Shown: one piece after another, positions 22,596-37,132 of the stretch
Position numbering within the stretch: the first letter of the stretch is position 1
Layout: every line of letters starts with the position of its first letter
NCBI GenBank assembly: GCA_951406725.2
Contig: OX597830.1
Location: forward strand, 46,128,001-46,192,000
Reading direction: 5' to 3'
From: Octopus vulgaris
Lineage: Eukaryota
DNA: 64,000 nt
Notes under the pieces: model-generated
The model's database searches: none
What the model was told of the DNA's origin: nothing
The model's input: the letters and a program-made list of their open reading frames with translations, nothing else
Position numbers and translations under genes: made by a program

Positions 22596-24864
22596 TGGCT
22601 AGGGCAGGTCGAATCACTTAATTTAGCGAATCCCGAATAATTTTGAATCAAATGAAATTACACTCGTAATGAAACAAAAAGACAACGTTAATGGAAGGTA
22701 AGCTAGTGAATTCTCAAATCTAAATTGTTTATTAATTAAATGGAGTCAAGCAATGGTAAACGGCTCTGACTTTTGGTAAGTACACTAAAAACCCTGGACG
22801 CGTTTTAATCTTATTACACCTCGTCAGTTACGTATTGCCTAACACATAACTATCAGGTCTTTGAGAGATTAGTTGGCCCCGCACTTAAATACATATTCTT
22901 CACGTAAATATTACTGTCGGGATATTTCCTTCTCTTCACCCCGCCATAGTTTAATCAGAGAAAGAAGGGAATTGTCCATGATCTTTATAAGGACTCGGAG
23001 TCATGGACAAGCAGTACAGCAATCCTCACATTTGAAATTTGCAACACAGTGGAGTCTACTAAAGACCTAGTGATGGGGGTTAAGCCAAGCAACAAATTAA
23101 ATTTCCTACCCAACCATTCTTACGACAGTTACTGTATTTCTTTAAGGGGAAAATGGTGTTGGAAACAGAGTTAAACATAAATTATTAGGAAGGCATAAAT
23201 TAGAAAAAGATGGTATAAACAAATTGAATTCAACCAAGTTGAACATATCTAAACATATTCGGGTGAGTTGAATATATTTATGACATCGAAAATTCCAGTT
23301 ACACAGTTTGTCTGCCAGAATCTAATTTTTAACTCAACAGAAAAGTGTTCCCATAAACACAGGCCCGGGAAAGAGAGAGAATATATATGACAATATTTAA
23401 ATCTGAATTGGGGGGACTAAGTGCAATGATTAGTGCGGACACAACAAGCGTGATAAGATAATTAGAGGCAAGTGGGGAGCGTGTGCCTGAGTAAGGGAAG
23501 CATGAGTTCGGCCAGCTTAAAGGTGCAGAGGCCATTAGAGTAGCACAAGAAAAGGCAGGACAGGAAACAGCGTGTCTGAATGTCAGCGGCCGGAGCGTGT
23601 CTGTGAATGACTTTATGGCAGTCCGTCGGGTGGAACCTTTTCTGGATGCAGTTCTAGAACGGCTGTGCATTCAACACAGCAATAACAACAGCAGCAACAG
23701 TTACGGCGGCACTACCACCATCACAGTCTCAGGCGTGACATCACTAGTTTCCCATGGGTTTCTCCTGACCTCAACAGATTATCAGTCGTTGTTGGCGGAT
23801 AAAGTATCTTCTGGTCGTGAAGACAATGGCCAGTCGTTTGATGTCTTTTGGGCAAACCATAGGTAATGGCGACGACCAGTTACTTCTACATGAGCGAATC
23901 ATGCCGAGTTCAAAAGTACATGACAGAACTTGGCAACGTGAAAGCGATACGGAGCGCCGGATATCAATATAATAGTACGTCAGTTCCCTATCAATGTATA
24001 CTGGGGTGCGATGCCATTACGGGTGAGCAAAAGCCTTGTACCTTCTCGAGATTCAATTGAATCAACTAAATTTATTACTGATTCTCATTATCCCACAAAT
24101 CTCTACGTGGTCGTTCGACTTTCTACAAAGGACAGGCTGATCCATCCCAAAGCACACTCTGCCATCTTAAAAGAAATAAAGGACACATTGAACAGTGTAG
24201 TTCTAAATATACGGTCATTACTACTCTAACATACGAGTTCCTTTTCTTTTTTTCTGCAATCGGCGTTTATGATCTTACAGACAAAACTAAGAATTTATAA
24301 TTTAGTTTCACTTTATAGGTTTAAAAAAAAAATTTATCGGATTTTACGCAAATTACCGATCACCATTTTACACTTTCCCACACCAATCAAGAACTTTTCG
24401 GTTTTATTTAATTACTGATAATTAGTGACTTCATTTGGTAAAAAGTCACACATTTATGAAGAAGCAGTGTAGTTGATTTTTGTCGATAGTAGCAAATAAA
24501 TATCTAATACTTATTTTATCGATTCTTTCCTTGCAGAGATGAAATACAAATTCAGCTCTGGTAGGATTCGAACCCACAATGCAACGCCGGTTCACCGATT
24601 TACTACGAACTTAATTCAATAAGTCGACCAAAGCAACGAAATACAAATGAAATGGAGTGGTTAATTTCAATGTCATGTGAGATCGAGTAAGTGCTAAAGT
24701 TCAACTGCTGTTGTTAGTGACGGCTTTGGTTTACTTTATTGCGCTGTTGGAGAAGGAAGAGGGACATTTTTATTTGGTTGAGAGACAACAAAAGGCAAAG
24801 CGATCGTAGCCGCCGCCGTCGGAGCTGGAGAACTTGCTCTGTTCGGTCACACTTTAATCCAAAC

Positions 24865-24997
24865 ATGTTGCCGCAGCTGATTCCTCTTCCTTTCATATTA
24901 TTGCTATTACTGTCGGAGTTTTTCTCGTGTAATGTGATTGATGGACAAGTACGGATAAATTTAAACGGAAAATGGACAATACAAGCGGAGGGCAGCA
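24865..24997 (+). CDS. MANBA: Beta-mannosidase exon 1 (signal peptide plus start of the GH2 sugar-binding domain)
   Basis: aacATG, hydrophobic leader MLPQLIPLPFILLLLLSEFFSC, then INLNGKWTI. A phase-1 GTAAGT donor joins exon 2 in frame. Confidence 0.85.
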
Positions 24998-27354
24998 GTA
25001 AGTTCATTTATTTATATAAAGAATGCTTAGAATGAATTGTGGAAAATACATGGAGGTGCTTTCTTTTGATTATGACTTATATGAAAAGATCGCCCAGCGA
25101 GGGACCAACACTATACAAAGTGCGTTGACTGCTTCTTTGAACATTCATTTCTTTCTCTCTCACTCTGTCGTGTGTGTGTGTGTGCGTCTTAAGATAAACT
25201 TTACATTATTCATAGCAATTTTATGAATTCGATCTGCTGTCTGTATGTTTATGTTTTGTTGTCCTCACTTTTAAAATGTTATTTTACTCTTCTTCGGGAA
25301 TAAAAGTAAACAATTCTCGGATTTCGTCTAAATTTTAAAAACACTTTTTTTTTTTTTAATGCTTCATCACGTTCCAAGCTTATCTCAACCTCATTATTAT
25401 AATTAGCGTCAGCGTCGGCGTAATTGTGCTGAAAAAGGTACTCGACAATCTCCCCCAAGTTGATTCCGTCTCGAAAATAAATGAACATGTTCGATAAGCA
25501 GATCTTAAATTTACTGTTAGAATAAAAAGAAGGAATGGTCAAGATTGAAATGCTTTTGGCCATATGTTTACTCAATCAAAGCTGACCAGGTCTTAAAAAA
25601 AAAAAGTTTAATGAATAATTGTGTAATTTTCCATTTATTTTTGTACGTGTGTGTGTATAACAAATCTGAGAAATTTACTTGAATTTCATGCTTGTTCCCT
25701 GTAAGTATTTGTTAGGAAGTCCTGCAAGGTGTATTTCGCCCATGACTGCCCTGAAACAATGAGATGCGATTTTAGAATGATAAGTTCCATTTTTTAAAAC
25801 TTTAATTGGCATCAGTTTGTTTGGCGGCCGTGGAAGAAATTGTAATACTTTTTCTGTTGATGCTTTACAACATTCAATCTATTTCTGAGAATAGTTCAAG
25901 CTTTTGTTGTTTATGTCTAGCGAGTGTGAAGATATGAGGTTTGTTTAAAATGTTGTTGACGAATATAAGACGGAACAAATTAGGACAATGTTGTATAACA
26001 TTCCTTTTCTGCTTTGGCAGAAATCGTTTTCCTTTGACTGGGCGACTTTTCAGTTTACCTTCCTACTTTGGTCGATCTGCAACTTACGGTTTCGAACCAC
26101 CAGTTCTCACTTTGTCGACTTCTAGTCGGATTTGTAATTACTTGCGTCGACAACCACGGCTAGTGCCTTGGTGCTTTCCTCGCCCCCCCCCCTTCTGTTC
26201 ATGTTTCGATGCAATTGTAAATAATGGATCAATCTCCTGCAGGATAATTTCGTAATATGTAAGAAACGGCCCTCCTTCTACTCCGTACAACATGGTGAGG
26301 CATACACCGACCTTATGATAACATAGTCGAGCTAAACAGATATGCGAGTTTGTAGTTTCGTTTTTGAAGAATAACTCGATATTTCACACACATTGGTGTG
26401 CTTTGTCAGAAAAGGGCTCATAAAAAGGTTTAGCTGCGGAGTAGCTCTTCCTTGAAGTCCCACATCGCTAGAATAGTTTCCCCGCCTCCTTCAGTTTTTA
26501 ATATTCCTGTGTTTCACATCACAGAAGTTATGATTATGGAAAGACAAAAAGAAAAAAAAAATCCAAACATTGTAATTTATCTATTTTACATTATTGTCCC
26601 CTGCTAACGTACCCTTTCCCTTCTCCGTGAGGCATGGAACTTCGAAGGACAGCTATTCCTAAAATAGATAGCAGAGAAGCTGGTTTGTGAGATATGGCCA
26701 GATTAATTGCTAATTGACAGTATTGTTGAACAAGCTCATTTAAGAAAAGTTTGTCGTTTCTCTCCCTCTCTCTCCCAGAGCCTGTTATTAAAGTTGTTGC
26801 TTGATGGGAAATATTTTTGGTGAATTAATCCAGATTTAGTAAGAATTTCAGTAGAATGTGAACAAGGCAGAAGATTTGTGTTCGCTCACGAAGAGTGTAT
26901 GTTGAGATGGGTTTGCATCGATCAAATCATGAAAGGGAATACAGATGGAACACAATGTGGTATTTGGAGGAATAGTTTGAGGAGATACAGAGAAAGGGTT
27001 TGTTAAAGAAATATTACATAGAACAATAAACAGCTCAGTATTTAAAGGGGGGGGGGTGGAATTATGTGCTCAATAACTGGTAATCATATGGATGGTACAG
27101 AATGAATTGTTCATGTGTTTAACTATTTTATTTGAAACAGCCAGAAGAATTTAGCCATTCTTGCTAAACTGCCTTCACACTGCATTTTATTCCTTTGGTC
27201 TGATGCTAACAAAAATAATTGAAGTTGGTAAATGTTTCAGTAGTTAAGAATTGGAGTAGAGAAAGCCCAAAGAAACATAGAACAAGGTAGTAAACCTGTT
27301 TGTAAACAAGTATTTGAAAAAGATTTCTGTTGCTGTTTGTGACGAATATTTTCT

Positions 27355-27624
27355 GTAATTATTTAATATTCTCCCAAAGAGTCTGAGGAACTTGCACAAA
27401 GTAGATGTAGCAGTTTTTAAATCAAAGCTGGACATCTTCCTGTCGAGAGTCCCAGATGAACCTACCTCACGGCAAGAGGTGCAAATGAGAGTAGCTATAT
27501 CAAACTCCATTCTTCACCAAGTGCCACATATTAGACAAGGTTCTTCGTAATAACAGTGTAGCACAAAACGGCGGTGCATCAGCATGGCCGCAGCTCTGAG
27601 CTGAAACTAAAAAGAAAAAAAAAA
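27355..27624 (+). mobile_element. CR1-group LINE 3' end
   Basis: LFNILPKSLRNLHKVDVAVFKSKLDIFLSRVPDEP C-terminal motif, then tail GGCGGTGCATCAGCATGGCCGCAGCTCTGAGCTGAAAC and an A-rich end. Confidence 0.8.
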
Positions 27625-28036
27625 TGTCTTGGATTTACTGTTCCATAATAAATAAACTTCTAGTGTTGTAAGTTATAGTAATTAAACACTGGGAAAACAT
27701 TTCTTTCATTTGTTGTTAAATGCTTATTAGCATAACGATATCATCTTCGTTTATTTATTTCCTTATTTATATATTTGCATATTTGTGAAACCAAAAGGAA
27801 TACTAAAAGTAATATTCTCAAAAACTGGAAAGAAAATTCCAGTTTGTGTGAATTTGTCTTCGTTTGTTTATAGAAAAAAGAAAGAGAAATTAATTATTCT
27901 CACCTGTAAAATCATAAAAATTCCTACCTGAATAATTTCTATTATTTTATCTCTGCACAGTTCCCTTTCATGGTATCTTGACCTGTCGGAAACTTCTGCC
28001 AAAATTTCCTTATAATTAAATCTTCCTATCATAAAA

Positions 28037-28255
28037 CCTTCAGTATTTAAACCGGTCATATCCAGCCAAAATATCCTACCTGTTTTAGGTTCAATCTGGC
28101 CAGATCCTGCCTCTCACACCTACCCTACAACATCATTCTAAAATGAAACAGTTGTATCGTTGAAATCTTGAAGCTACAAGATAATGCGTGGTTAGTTCCA
28201 AACAATGTAAATAATAAGGATTACGTTTGACAGAATAATCTGACAGAGTAAAGGG
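28037..28255. mobile_element. piggyBac-like MITE (degenerate left end), same family as 63031-63251
   Basis: Shared body TTTAAACCGG.CATATCC.GCCAAAA; right end AAAGGG followed by TTAA. Confidence 0.65.
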
Positions 28256-29559
28256 TTAAATGATGACACAAATATTAAGGGCAGGAACAGTAGATAAAAA
28301 AAAAACAATTTAATGATCTGATACAGTGACAGTCTTCAATCTACGACAACTCAACATTCTGAATTGCACTGTAAGATATCCCTTTTGATAAATAAAAAAA
28401 TGCAAGCTTACTGTGGCACAGCATCAAAGAAAGTAAAGAAAGAAAAAGAGGAACTCTTCCACAACTGCCAAAGTGTTACCAGCTGAAGTTTCAAAGATCA
28501 CCCAGGAGAATATATAGTCACAAATTAGCACGTTTAAAAGTGTTTATTCTTGAAACACAGATTTATGCACCAGGAGAAAAAAAGGGATGTCAATAGATTG
28601 GGTTTCACAGTTTGGTATGAAGTAGTTTAAATAATTATTAGCATAACAATCATCATCTTCATATCAACAGGTCCAATAGTATAATCTAGGGCATAATATC
28701 ACTTTGATCCCAGAACTCCTTGGTCATGGGGTTGCTAGATTCCCTTGTTTGAAAATATAAGGACACAGATCGTGTCGTACAGTGAGCTGGAGATGATGTT
28801 TCCTGGGGCTAAATTACAGCAACATTAGTCCTAAACCAGGACTGCCATGTTATGTTGGCAAACGATCTTTACTACAAAGTATTGTTGCTGAATATCTCTC
28901 GTTGTGAGATTCAAAAATAATAATTCTCTAATTAGAATAATTTTCCTGAGATTACAATTTAGCACAATTTTAGTCATGGTCTGCTACTCCTTTTGGGTAA
29001 TTTTATCAAAGACACGGAAATGTTTGAAATGTGATGTTAAAAAGAACATCTTATTGTTTTTCACATAAACCACAAAAAAAAAAAAAAAATGAATTAACAA
29101 TACAAAACTATTTCCCATTGTCTGAACATCATTGCATTAAGTGTCTGTCGTCTGTTTACCTCTTGTTTTCATATTTGGTGACAAAAGAAGAAGCAAAAGA
29201 ATTTTCATTTCGTGTTATCTGCAGAAATGTTTTCACGTTTTTTTTCAGAACCTGCATCTTGTATGACTCCACAGTTTTTAGTTGTTAGGTTCAAAATAAC
29301 AAATATTTTACTTTGACAACAAAATGGTATCAGTTTTAATGAGTCACGAAATTCATTTTGTGCAAGGGACAAAGGTCACAGCCTTCATTACTTCATTATA
29401 ATGTTTGGAATGTTTGGAATATATTCTAGATACCAGCATGAAAGGCAGATGTTAAATGATGATGATGATGGTGAACTTTACAGTTCTTAACATTTATTAT
29501 TTTTCAATAACATATTTTGATTAACGAGCATCCACAGATCTTGCCACATTTTGATTTAA

Positions 29560-30550
29560 TTGTGGCAAACCAGAGATTCATGGCAGCGTAAGGTGTGAGT
29601 CTGAAGTCATAAAAAGACTTACATGAGCTGATGCAGTCTTGGATTTATTGGACAAGAGTATTTGTCATATATCTGTGGAAGAGGACAAAGGTTAGGCTCT
29701 TTAGGTCTCTGGTCCTCTCTGTTCTGCTCTACATTTGTGAGACATGGACACAACCCTTAGGAATTACCTGAACTTCTTTGGAATCAGGACACTTCACACA
29801 ATTATGGTTTACCATTGGTCGGATTTTATATTCAATCAACATTTCTATTCAGCTGGGATGTGTCCTGTGACCCAGGTACACCAGCTCCAACTATTTGGCC
29901 ATGTTGCTCAATTTTCCAAGTTAGACCCTACTTACCATGTTTTATTTACTCAGAATCTGCCTGGGTTGATGGCTGGGTTGATGCCACATGGTCACAGCAG
30001 ATGAGGAGGTATCTCATGGTGATGCAGCAATATACTGTAACGGTGCATGCCTCTACACCTTACCTGACCTGTGGCAGACCATCTGCTTACTTTGTAACAA
30101 GAAGCCCACTTGCACACCTTCTGTTAAGAACTTAACTGGGTTCCTTCTCTCTATAAAGAAGTGCATTCTTGGGAGGTGGAGAGAATATTTTGCTGATCTC
30201 CTAAATCAGTCCTAATAAATCTTCTGATGGACACAAGGTGCATCTAGGGATGTAGACTGACTTCTTGGAGACTGACCTCACTGAGACCATTAAAACAGTG
30301 AAATCTGTCACAGCCACCAGAGAGGAAGAAATTCAGCCTGAGATTTTAAAGGCCTTAGAGAAGACACTCTCTGACCGTTTCATGTTTGCCAAGTGGTTTG
30401 GAAAGATGTGAAAGCAACGGCAATCCAGAGGGATAATCCCAACTTTTAAAAAGGGAGAGTTCTCTAATTATAGAGGAATCCCCTCGTTGAGCTTCCCTGG
30501 TAAAGTCTATACTAGGTCTCTGGAAAAAGGATGTAGGGAAATTGCTGAAG
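29560..30550 (+). mobile_element. Two decayed RTE-clade LINE fragments
   Basis: RTKVRLFRSLVLSVLLYICETWT (~29680-29750); ILGRWREYFADLLN, IQPEILKAL and SNYRGIPSLSFPGKVY (~30165-30520). Confidence 0.7.
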
Positions 30551-31713
30551 AATACACACACACAACTCTGTCCCCTGGCAAAACTCACCCACAACCATCC
30601 CTCCAAACTCCCCAACACCCACTGCAGACCCCTCCAGCTTCTTCTCAAGATCACTTGCTATCTCTTCTATCCCCTCTGTACTACTTATGCCCCTTCCTCC
30701 ACTGTTCTTTGTGAGTAGCCCCCCCTCTCTGACTGACAGGCTCTATCTTTCTCCCTCTCTCCCCTTCTTTGTCCTATTGGAGCAGCCAAGCATCTCCTCT
30801 CTAGTAAGACACCTATCCCTGCTCTTCTGCCATACTCTGACCTCCTGCCCGGCGCACACATGGCCACTTCTCTCAGATCCTCTCTCTCTCTCTCTCAGCT
30901 GAGATGTCTTTATTGTGAAAGCCAGCCCATTTGGCATCCCAGCAGGTACTGGTGTCATATGAAATCCACCTGTCCCAGTGTCACACAGGAAGCACGTGTG
31001 CCAATTTGTAAAAAAACCTTCATGTCAGTGCCACATAAGGAGCACCCATGCTGGCCGCACATGAAAAAAGCACCCATGCTGGCCCCATGTAAAAGCACCC
31101 AGTGCACTCTGTAAAACAGTTGGTGTTAGGAAGGGCGTCCAGCTGTAGGAATCGTGCCAAAACAGATGACCGGAGGCCAGTACAGCTCTCTAGCTTGCCA
31201 GCTCTTGCCATACTGTCTGATGACCTAGGCCAGCATAGAAAATAGACATTATATGATGATGATGATTATATGATAATTAACAAAGAGCAATTAGAGGTGA
31301 AATGTTTATTCCATTTTGTTGACAGTTGTTTCATAACAGCTGTTTCAACAACACATTAGTGACACAAAAAACTCCTAATATAAATATACAAATAGATGTC
31401 AGCTATATATATATAGTTGTGCTGTAATATAATGAATTGGATTGCTTATCAGAACATTTTGCAGCCTGTAAACATTTAACTCTGCTAAATTTAATGAGGT
31501 TGTCTCTATATATAGCAGCAGACTTGGTAGTCTTCCTCACCTCACAGATACTAGAATGTCCATATTTGAAAATAGAGTAGAATAAAAAGTAACTGATCAT
31601 CAATAATTTGATCAAACTTTAGCCATAGAGTTCCATAGGATATTAAAATAATAAAAATGTAAAGAGTAAGTTGGAAAATAAGTAAGAAAGGAATAACAAA
31701 AAAAAAGTAAATA

Positions 31714-33024
<1,311 letters not shown>

Positions 33025-34539
33025 GGAATGAAAATGTTGGGACAAAATTGAAAGAGAGTGAACAAGTTTGTGAGTAGGAAGGTTTTTACTAGAGTTCTGC
33101 ATCTCTAGATGAACATATTTCAAAGAATGTAGGCACACTTTCATGCTGGGATGGTTTCAGAGGACGGATATATTCTTCTCTATGACAGCCACCCACAGAA
33201 TCACACACACACCATATGAGTACATCATCAAATATTTACACACACGTGCACACAGACATGCACATGCACATGCAGACATGCACACATTCTCATACATACA
33301 TATGTACACATACAGACTTTGTAGTCAATACAGTTCTATATTAAAGAGATGAGGAATTATGTACATTATTTACATTTGACGGACATTTGTCCTCATTTTT
33401 TTGTAATCCTAATTAAGATGGGTTGATCATGTTATCAGAATGAGTAATAACAGAACTCCAAAAGTCCTTGAGCATAACTAGTTCCATGATAGAAGGAGAG
33501 ACCTAGGAAGACAATAACTTTGGTACAAGAACAAATTCAAAGCTAACTTGAAAGTGACAAAGAGTCTCTCAGAAACATTTGAAGATCTTCATTGAATCAC
33601 AATGGGTAGAATGGTTTGACAGGAGCCAGCCAGGCAGAAGCCTGCAACCAACTTCTGTGACTGTTTTGGCAAGAATTTTGCAGCTGGATGCCCTTCCTAA
33701 CACCAACCACTCAGCAGAATGGACTTAGTGCTTTTTACATGGCACAAGGTGAGGTCAGTTTTGGCAAGGATTTTACTGCTGGATGCCCTTCCAAATGCCA
33801 GCCACTTTACAATGTAGACTGGATGCTTTTTAAGTGGCACCAGCACTAGCAGGGTCATCAAGTACTTGCAAGACAAAAATCGTTTGCAAGGAGAGGGGGG
33901 GCATTGGAGGAGATGATCTTGTGTCGGATGATGAAAGACTATAGTGAGACAGAGAGACAGAAACAGGTGTCTTGGTGTAGAGGAGGTACAAGGTAACCCA
34001 ACCAGAGAGAGAGAGAGATCAAGGATGAAGACAGAAACCAGAAGATACATGGTTACCCAATCTGAGAGAAATGCAGGAGAAGGAGAGAGAGTGAGAGACA
34101 GTAGGATATAGATGGTGACAAGTGCCGGGGCATACCTTTGAGAATTGAAGGTTGTAATGTAAGTGCCAGGATATTGTGAAAGAAGCAGGATTAGAGAGCG
34201 TGGAAGGATGGGGAAGTGAGTGGTGAACACCTGGGTATATATAGAGTGAGGAGGGCAGCTGCCAGATAGCAATAATACAGAGAAACAGGGCAACCCCGTG
34301 AGGACATGATTAGGGAGTGAGAGGTGGGCATAGTGTATGAAGGAAGAAATGTGAGGAAGAGAAGAGATGTAGATTGGTTTGTTGGGGTAGGGTGTCCCAG
34401 TACAAAATTCTTCATCTTCATTTGTGTAAAAAAACATTTTGTTTCCGGTTGTAACAGCATTAGCTTCTAAGAAACCTGTGTTTCTGCATTGTTTTGCTTC
34501 ATCAGCTACAAAAGGTAATTGCCACTTGCAGTACAAATT

Positions 34540-35100
34540 ATTATTGGTATGTGAATTTATAATCCAGACATAGAAACTGGAGGTTTCAAAGCAGTTGTCC
34601 TTAGTTACCCTTTTTCTCTTTGATTTTTTTTTTTGTCTGTCCCAAACAACAACGACATCTGGCCCCTTATTTTTACAGTTGACAGATGTTTTATGGGAAT
34701 GTTCCACCAGTATTCCTTCAGTATTCCTTTTGTCTGTGTATTCTATTATAGGATGATTCTTTATATTTATTCCAGGACAGTCTTTTTCTTTTCCTCGAAT
34801 GGTATTGTATATTTTTCTAACAACAACATGTCACACAGGGAAGTAGTAACCTGATGACACTTTCGGCAGTTGCTAATCCTATGTGTCATGTCTTCCATAG
34901 AAGTATGACATAATCTACATTTATGGTTGCACCTTGGAACTCCAAGGGCATCACTGTTTCTTTTGCTGATTAAGTATTTAATTGCCATCCCCTGTTCATG
35001 GATTGCAAATGCTTAGTATTCGAAGTGTGATGTGATGCTACAGTCATAAGTCCAAGTGAGGCTTCGCTTCATATCAATGTTATTGTCTTCAAGTCTTCAG
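34540..35100 (-). mobile_element. Decayed R4/Dong-like zinc-knuckle and endonuclease relic
   Basis: KCRLCHTSMEDMTHRISNC (CCHC) followed by GPDVVVVWDR (PD motif). Confidence 0.6.
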
Positions 35101-35399
35101 GAAACCCATCCAAGGTTTCCCTTTTTTTTTTTTTTTTTGTGTTTTGTTTTGGTATTCTAAGCATTTCACATCCGGGGCTTCTTTGAGTTATGTTAGTTTG
35201 GCTGTTTCAGCGGTTGTATAGGAGAGAGTGCTTCCTGAGGAGCTAACTGCCAACATGTAGGGCATTGTTCTATTCACTTTCCAGCACTAAATTAATGTAT
35301 TTATTTTTGCTGCCTTTGTTTAGGAAGTGCTGACTGAGAGAAAGGGAGAGAGAGAATATGACATTCGAAGGCCAGCTGCACTGAACTTTACCCTTTTGT

Positions 35400-35695
35400 G
35401 GAGGCTCATGGCTTAGTAGTTAGAGCAGCAGACTTGTGGTCGAGGGATTGCAGGTTCGAATCTCAGACCGGGCGATGTGTGTGTTTATGAGCGAAACACC
35501 TAAGCTCCACGCGGCTCTGGCAGAAGGTAATGGCGAACTTCTGCTGACTCTTTTGCCACAACTTTCTCTCACTCTTTCTTCCTGCATCTTGCAGCCCACC
35601 TGCAACAGACCGGCATCCCGTCCAGGTGGGGAACCTATACGCCAAGGAAACTGGGAAACTGGCCCTTATGAGCCAGGCATGGCTCGAGAAGGAAA
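35400..35695 (+). mobile_element. tRNA-derived SINE, family C, tail type 1
   Basis: A box TGGCTTAGTAG, B box GGTTCGAATC, core GAGCGAAACACCTAAGCTCCACG...CCACAACTTTCTCTCACTCT. Confidence 0.8.
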
Positions 35696-36880
35696 GAAGC
35701 TTTGCCCTTTTGCTTCCTTTCTCTCTTCTAAGGTAGAATCTGTTGATGTCACTATTTCTGCGGAGGTTTCCAGTTGATGTCAATGTCTTGTGGGTTTCAA
35801 TAATCATGGAGTGTATGTCTGCATAAATGCAAATAAGTATGTGTATAAATATGTATGTATGTGTGTGTGTGTGTGTGTGTGTGTATAGTTTTCTTCTGCA
35901 TCGTAATGCAAGTGTAATAACTGAAAGAACATTGTGGAAATTTTACCTCATAAATTTTTAATTCAGACTTATGCCGTTTCATTTAGTGTTTAAGTAACAG
36001 ATTCGTCTTTTTCTTTGGTTAAGGCCAAAACCATTCTCGGCAGTCTCTTGCCTCATTTAAATATCTATCTGCTTAAGTCTAGAAATAATATCAAATAGAA
36101 GTCATTAGCACCAAAGACAGCGTGTGTGTGTGTGTTGGGTGGGTTTTGGGTTTGGTGGATGCAAGTAAACGGCTTATTGCAAAAAAAAAAAAAAAAGAAT
36201 AGAACCACTATAGCAAAATATTGATTTTTGTTTTTTTCTTCTTTTGTTAAGTTGGCTCATGACCAACTCTGTTTGGACCGAGTGTATATAGTTGTTAGAA
36301 TCTACTCCTTATTGGTATTTATATTTAATCTTCCCCCATTAGATAGAATCCCAATAAAAACTGAACCCAAAACATATTGATTTGAAACTAAATACAGCCT
36401 GGCCCTTAATGTGGGACCCTGTCTTTGCCAACACATCTTCTTTACTGAATGAAATATTGATTTGATCTTGGCACCTTCTTACATCCTTAGAAACGTTTTA
36501 TTATTATTATTATTTTTTAGTTCAAGTGTACTTTACATGCATTATTTAATATGTCATGAAATATATTACCATCAAGGCTTTTGGAGGCGACAGATAGTCG
36601 AAGGCGGAACTAAATATATTTATTTCTGTTCTCCTTTGTTCTGAGATCAATTCCATCTGGTGTTTCATTTACTTTAAAGATCTGAATTCAATAAAAAGAA
36701 GTGTTATTGAAAGTACTTTATTCATTATTAATCTTTTATATTCTTTTTCCTCTGCACAATTTAAATATCTCAATCACATGGCAATGCTGTAAATCAAGAA
36801 TTTTTTGCTTAAAGGAATTTGCTAAATGGTTTTCGTTTCCTTATGTTTATGAATTTCTTTTACAAGATTTGCCAAATAAA

Positions 36881-37132
36881 CACATGCACTGTATATTTGT
36901 TTTTTTCCTTCAGATTTATTTCATTATTGCTCTTATTTTATGTCCTATGTCTGGGAATCTTTCGTCACACATCCTGTGACCTCTTCAGTGACTCTCCATC
37001 CTATGTGTTTCTTCCTGTTTTGTTTAGTCCATTCTGAAGAGGCCACAGGATGTGTAACAAAGATTTCAGACAAAGGACACTAAAATAAGAACAATAATAA
37101 AACTGAAGTAAACAACAAATATAGAGTGTGTG
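36881..37132. repeat. Intronic hairpin (~105 bp arms, ~45 nt loop) with hammerhead-like cores; probable inverted Penelope-type terminal repeats
   Basis: ACACATCCTGTGACCTCTTCAG pairs with CTGAAGAGGCCACAGGATGTGT, and complementarity continues ~80 bp outward. Confidence 0.75.

Noticed and set aside
26075-26125. Hammerhead-like GAAC-TGGTG-GTTC-GAAAC on the minus strand
   Set aside because: The required CTGANGA core is absent (reads AAAGTGA).
33697-34707. 336 aa minus-strand ORF
   Set aside because: It runs across an R4-like relic, low-complexity CT-rich sequence and a (GAT)n-family element, so it is not a coherent protein.
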